A stretch of 59,395 bases of DNA from assembly GCA_946616305.1 (NCBI GenBank), contig CAMOIV010000001.1, positions 1-59,395 on the forward strand. The letters run 5' to 3'. The stretch comes from an uncultured Lachnospiraceae bacterium. GTDB taxonomy: Bacteria > Bacillota > Clostridia > Lachnospirales > Lachnospiraceae. Each line of letters starts with the position of its first letter. Position 1 is the first letter of the stretch. Position numbers and translations under genes: made by a program. Shown piece after piece: positions 55,804 to 59,395 of the stretch. The notes beneath the pieces were generated by a model. That model saw only the letters and a program-made list of their open reading frames with translations. It was not told where the DNA came from and made no database searches.

Positions 55804-58800
55804 ATTACACCAGGGAGCAGAGAAATTTCATAGATGACAGGGGTAATAACATACTGGTATCCGCAGCTGCCGGATCCGGCAAAACGGCTGTCATAGTGGA
55901 GAGGGTATTACGGCTCATCATGGACGAGGGATATAAGGTGTCCGAGCTTCTGGTAGTAACCTTTACAAGAGCTGCCGCGGCAGAGATGCGGGACAGGATA
56001 AGGGATGCACTGATGGAGAAGCTTACATCTTTGGATATCACGCCGGATCAGAGGGAGCATCTGGAGGAGCAGATGAGCCTTATCTATACCGCTGACATCA
56101 CCACCATAGACAGTTTCTGCCTGAATGTTGTTAGGAGCTTCTTCTGCATAACCGGGGCAGATCCTTCCTTCAGAGTGGCGGATGAGGGAGAACTCAAGCT
56201 TATCAGTGAGGATGTGATGTCTGCTCTTTTGGAGGACAGATATGCAGAAGGTGATAAGGGATTTATGGATCTTGTATCGGAGTTCTCCACCGGAAGAAGT
56301 GATTCCGATATAGTCGACGTGATACGGCAGCTGTATGCATTTGCCATATCAAGACCGGATCCCGGACAGTATCTTGAAAACATGGCAGCAGAGTATGAAA
56401 AGGCAGCAGAGGGAAAATTTGAAGATACTCTCTTCATGGAGGAGCTGTTAAGGCTGTATCGTAACAGGCTGGATCTTGCACTTGGATATCTTAAGGCAGC
56501 ACTGCGGCTATGCACTCTTGAAGGAGGGCCGGAAGCATACGAAGATAACATATCCGATGATATGGACAAGATCGAAGCATTACGGACAAAGACAGATTAT
56601 GACAGCATAAGAGATGCTCTTCATACTCTGGAATTTACAAGGCTTAAAACCATAAGGAAGACCGATCCCGTGGATCCATCTCTAAGGGACAGGGCAAAGT
56701 CGTACAGGGACAAGAGCAAGGAGATCATAGGGAAGGAACTGAGAGAAAGATTCTTCGAAAAACAGAGTTCGGATATCATTTTTGAGATGGAAGGCTGTCT
56801 GCCCCACGTCAGTATGCTGTCAGGTCTTGCCGGGGAATACATGGAAAGATATGCCGCGGCCAAGGAAGACAAGGGAGTCGTGGACTTTCAGGATCTTGAG
56901 CACATGGCTCTTCGCATCCTGTCGGACGAGGACACAAGACTTGGATTAAGGGACAGATATAAGGAGATAATCATAGATGAATACCAGGACAGCAACAGGA
57001 TCCAGGAGGAGATATTCTCACTGATAGGCAACGGCCATGATTACGTGGCTGTAGGTGATATAAAACAGAGTATATACAGCTTCAGGGATGCCTGTCCCAG
57101 GCTTTTTGCAGATAAGGCGAAGAAGTACGGAGATCATGAGATACCTGACTCTAAGCTTATGCTGCTATCCAGCAATTTCAGGAGCAGCAGGGCTGTGACG
57201 GATTCGGTCAATCTGATATTCGAGAATATTATGACGGAGGGCACTGGGGGCTGTGATTATGATGAAACACAGAGGCTGAACTACGGTGGTCTGTATTCCC
57301 ATGAAAGTGACATGTGGCAGACAGAATACCTCAGGATCAGCAAGGATGATACGGGCCAGAAGGAAGATCTTGTAAGAGAAGCCGAGGTTATAGCAGAGAG
57401 GATACATGAGCTTGTAGGGGTATGTGATATAGAAGACAGAAAAACTCATGAGGTCCATAAGTGCAGATACTCCGATATCGTTATCCTGTACAGATCACTT
57501 ACGGGAGTCGGAGACGCATACAGTGAAGTCTTCGGGGCATGTGATATACCGGTGATCTTTGACTCCAAAAGCGGGTACCTGCTGTCTTATGAGATAAGGG
57601 AGATACTGAATCTCCTGACTGTCATGGATAATCCCAGGCAGGACATACCCTTGGCAGGGACCATGCTCGGATTCTTCGGGGGATTTAACGCCTCCGATAT
57701 GGCATATATCCGGTCTTATGATCCGCAGGGAGATCTTTATGACAGTCTTCTTAAGGCCTGCGATGATACATCCATGCAGCAGCTTTCTGACAGGTGCAGG
57801 AAGTTCTCAGAGAAGCTTGATGCATACAGATCAAAGAGTCTGTACACATCCATACACGAACTCATAGGCGAGATCATAACAGACCATGGATATGATCATT
57901 ATGTCCGGGCCATGGAGGACGGGGAGAGGAGACTGAATAACCTGAGGCTTTTGAAAAAGAGGGCTCTTGATTATGAATCCACAAGCTTCCACGGACTTTT
58001 TCGTTTCCTCAGATATATAGATAACATGAGAAAATATGATGTGGATTTCGGAGAAGCATCGGGAAGTGACGCTTCAGATTCCGTGAGGATCATGAGCATA
58101 CATCATTCCAAAGGTCTTGAGTTTCCGGTAGTCATGGTGTGCGGTCTGGGTAAGATGATGAACTTTACCGATACCAGGGCAAAGGTGCTTACGGATGACG
58201 ATCTGGGAGCCGGGTGCGATCTGGCACTCAGAGACCGGAGTATAAGGATCAGGACACTTATAAAGGCGGTTATCGCGGAAAAGAAAAAGAGAGCACTGGT
58301 AAGCGAGGAGATGAGGGTCCTCTACGTAGCATTGAGCAGAGCGGAGAATAAACTCATCATGTCCGGTGTGAGGCCCGGAGGCGACAAGGTTAAGGCAGAT
58401 CCCTCCGATGCAGTATCACTTATGGAATTTGTGGACTGCGCCCTGGAAAGAGTGCCGGATCAGACTCTCATAGAGATAAAGGAAATAAATGATGCAGCAG
58501 TCGATGAGTCCATGGCGGATAAGGAGGCAGGAGCAGCCGGGGAGGCAGTGTCCCCCATAAATCGTGTCATGAAGCTTATGGACAGTGTGGATGACAAAGA
58601 GGTGGCAGAGCTTATTGAGGGTATGGACTACAGATATCCTTATGAGTCTGCCCTTAAGGTGCCTCAGAAGGTTTCGGTTTCCTATATCAAGCATGAGGCC
58701 ATGGAGGAGAAGGGAGTATCCATAGTACCCGATGTCAGGGATGATACGGGCATACCTTCATCAGGTGCCTTGAGGGGAAGTGCGGTCCACACGGCTTTCG

Positions 58801-59276
58801 AGAATCTGGACCTTGGAATGACAGGAGACAGTGATCATATAACAGGGTTCATAAAGCTTCTGGTGGATAAAAAGAAACTTTCAGAGGAGAGCGCCGCATT
58901 TATCAGGGAGTCTGACATACAGGATTTCCTGGCCTCAGACATAGCACGGCGGATGCATGAGGCGGCTTTGGGAGACAGACTTTATCGAGAGCAGCCCTTC
59001 GTTATATCCGTCAAAGCCTCGGACATTGACCGGGGATATCCCGACAGCGAGAGAGTAATGGTACAGGGTATAATCGACGCCTTTTTCATGGAGGATGACA
59101 AGGTAGTGGTGGTGGACTATAAGACGGACAGTGTTTCCGATGAGCAGATCCTGATAGACAGATATCAGGCCCAGCTGGATTATTATGAGAGAGCGCTTAA
59201 GCAGCTTTTAGGGGTTGCAAAGTCCGAGAAGGTGATATATTCCGTGCATCTGTCCAAGGAGATACAGCTGCCATGA
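55800..59276 (+). CDS. addA: ATP-dependent helicase/nuclease subunit A
   Basis: VSAAAGSGKT, TFTRAAA, IDEYQD, VGDIKQSIYSFR, NFRS, HHSKGLEF, YVALSRA, nuclease QGIID...VDYKT. Confidence 0.96.
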   Translation: MNYTREQRNFIDDRGNNILVSAAAGSGKTAVIVERVLRLIMDEGYKVSELLVVTFTRAAAAEMRDRIRDALMEKLTSLDITPDQREHLEEQMSLIYTADITTIDSFCLNVVRSFFCITGADPSFRVADEGELKLISEDVMSALLEDRYAEGDKGFMDLVSEFSTGRSDSDIVDVIRQLYAFAISRPDPGQYLENMAAEYEKAAEGKFEDTLFMEELLRLYRNRLDLALGYLKAALRLCTLEGGPEAYEDNISDDMDKIEALRTKTDYDSIRDALHTLEFTRLKTIRKTDPVDPSLRDRAKSYRDKSKEIIGKELRERFFEKQSSDIIFEMEGCLPHVSMLSGLAGEYMERYAAAKEDKGVVDFQDLEHMALRILSDEDTRLGLRDRYKEIIIDEYQDSNRIQEEIFSLIGNGHDYVAVGDIKQSIYSFRDACPRLFADKAKKYGDHEIPDSKLMLLSSNFRSSRAVTDSVNLIFENIMTEGTGGCDYDETQRLNYGGLYSHESDMWQTEYLRISKDDTGQKEDLVREAEVIAERIHELVGVCDIEDRKTHEVHKCRYSDIVILYRSLTGVGDAYSEVFGACDIPVIFDSKSGYLLSYEIREILNLLTVMDNPRQDIPLAGTMLGFFGGFNASDMAYIRSYDPQGDLYDSLLKACDDTSMQQLSDRCRKFSEKLDAYRSKSLYTSIHELIGEIITDHGYDHYVRAMEDGERRLNNLRLLKKRALDYESTSFHGLFRFLRYIDNMRKYDVDFGEASGSDASDSVRIMSIHHSKGLEFPVVMVCGLGKMMNFTDTRAKVLTDDDLGAGCDLALRDRSIRIRTLIKAVIAEKKKRALVSEEMRVLYVALSRAENKLIMSGVRPGGDKVKADPSDAVSLMEFVDCALERVPDQTLIEIKEINDAAVDESMADKEAGAAGEAVSPINRVMKLMDSVDDKEVAELIEGMDYRYPYESALKVPQKVSVSYIKHEAMEEKGVSIVPDVRDDTGIPSSGALRGSAVHTAFENLDLGMTGDSDHITGFIKLLVDKKKLSEESAAFIRESDIQDFLASDIARRMHEAALGDRLYREQPFVISVKASDIDRGYPDSERVMVQGIIDAFFMEDDKVVVVDYKTDSVSDEQILIDRYQAQLDYYERALKQLLGVAKSEKVIYSVHLSKEIQLP

Positions 59277-59287
59277 AATAGGCTGAT

Positions 59288-59350
59288 GAAAATATCCTGC
59301 TTCGGTGAGACACGCAATATTTTTTTGCAAGGCGGGAAGCAGATATTTTC
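59288..59350. repeat. Imperfect inverted repeat after addA
   Basis: GAAAATATC(C)TGCTTC (59288-59303) and GAAGCAGATATTTTC (59336-59350). Confidence 0.6.
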
Positions 59351-59395
59351 TGCTTGAAGTTTTTTCTCGGCTATGTGACTAGGAAAGTGCGCATA

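Noticed and set aside
137-58694. Numerous minus-strand and alternative-frame ORFs in the track (e.g. 3666-4637, 14865-15683, 45146-45958, 49690-50472)
   Set aside because: They are antisense shadows of well-supported genes with no recognisable motifs or SDs.
37056-59276. YraN and AddA/AddB PD-(D/E)xK nucleases as a defence or Cas4-like system
   Set aside because: All lie in normal housekeeping contexts; no CRISPR repeats, cas, methylase or toxin-antitoxin genes were seen.
59385-59395. Terminal AGTGCGCATA resembles the XerC arm of proteobacterial dif
   Set aside because: Only 10 nt, truncated by the window edge, with no XerD arm visible; a proteobacterial consensus is not expected in this lineage.

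Overview
Core chromosomal segment of a Clostridia (Lachnospiraceae-like, inferred from gene order and protein types) bacterium. About 54 genes, all on the + strand except metF. Order: rel, MBL hydrolase, hisS, degenerate ThiE-like, CNNM transporter, aspS, vanZ, GT4, TagF-like, sugar-binding lipoprotein, diguanylate cyclase, rpmF (missed by the ORF track), small ORF, plsX-acpP-rnc-smc-ftsY, ilvA, divergent FolC-like, mntP and four accessory genes, ylxM-ffh-rpsP-khpA-rimM-trmD-(L19 leader)-rplS-lepB-rbgA-lepB-rnhB, FliK-like, FlhB-C-like, yraN, prs, DUF512 radical SAM, der-plsY-gpsA, metF(-), a receiver protein with two hybrid histidine kinases, pseudouridine synthase, ligA, two membrane hypotheticals, addB-addA. 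I saw no rRNA, tRNA, CRISPR array, transposase or integrase. The best candidates for undescribed biology are: (1) a tandem hybrid kinase pair whose second member has a degenerate ATPase domain but intact H-box and receiver, plus a stand-alone receiver and no HPt; (2) an orphan sugar-binding lipoprotein coupled to a Cache-GGDEF cyclase lacking an I-site, next to surface-glycopolymer genes; (3) a ThiE-fold protein that has lost its catalytic motifs; (4) a FolC-like ligase with systematically altered active-site motifs; (5) several structured intergenic RNAs and a probable leaderless lepB. All annotation is by eye from motifs; no searches were run.
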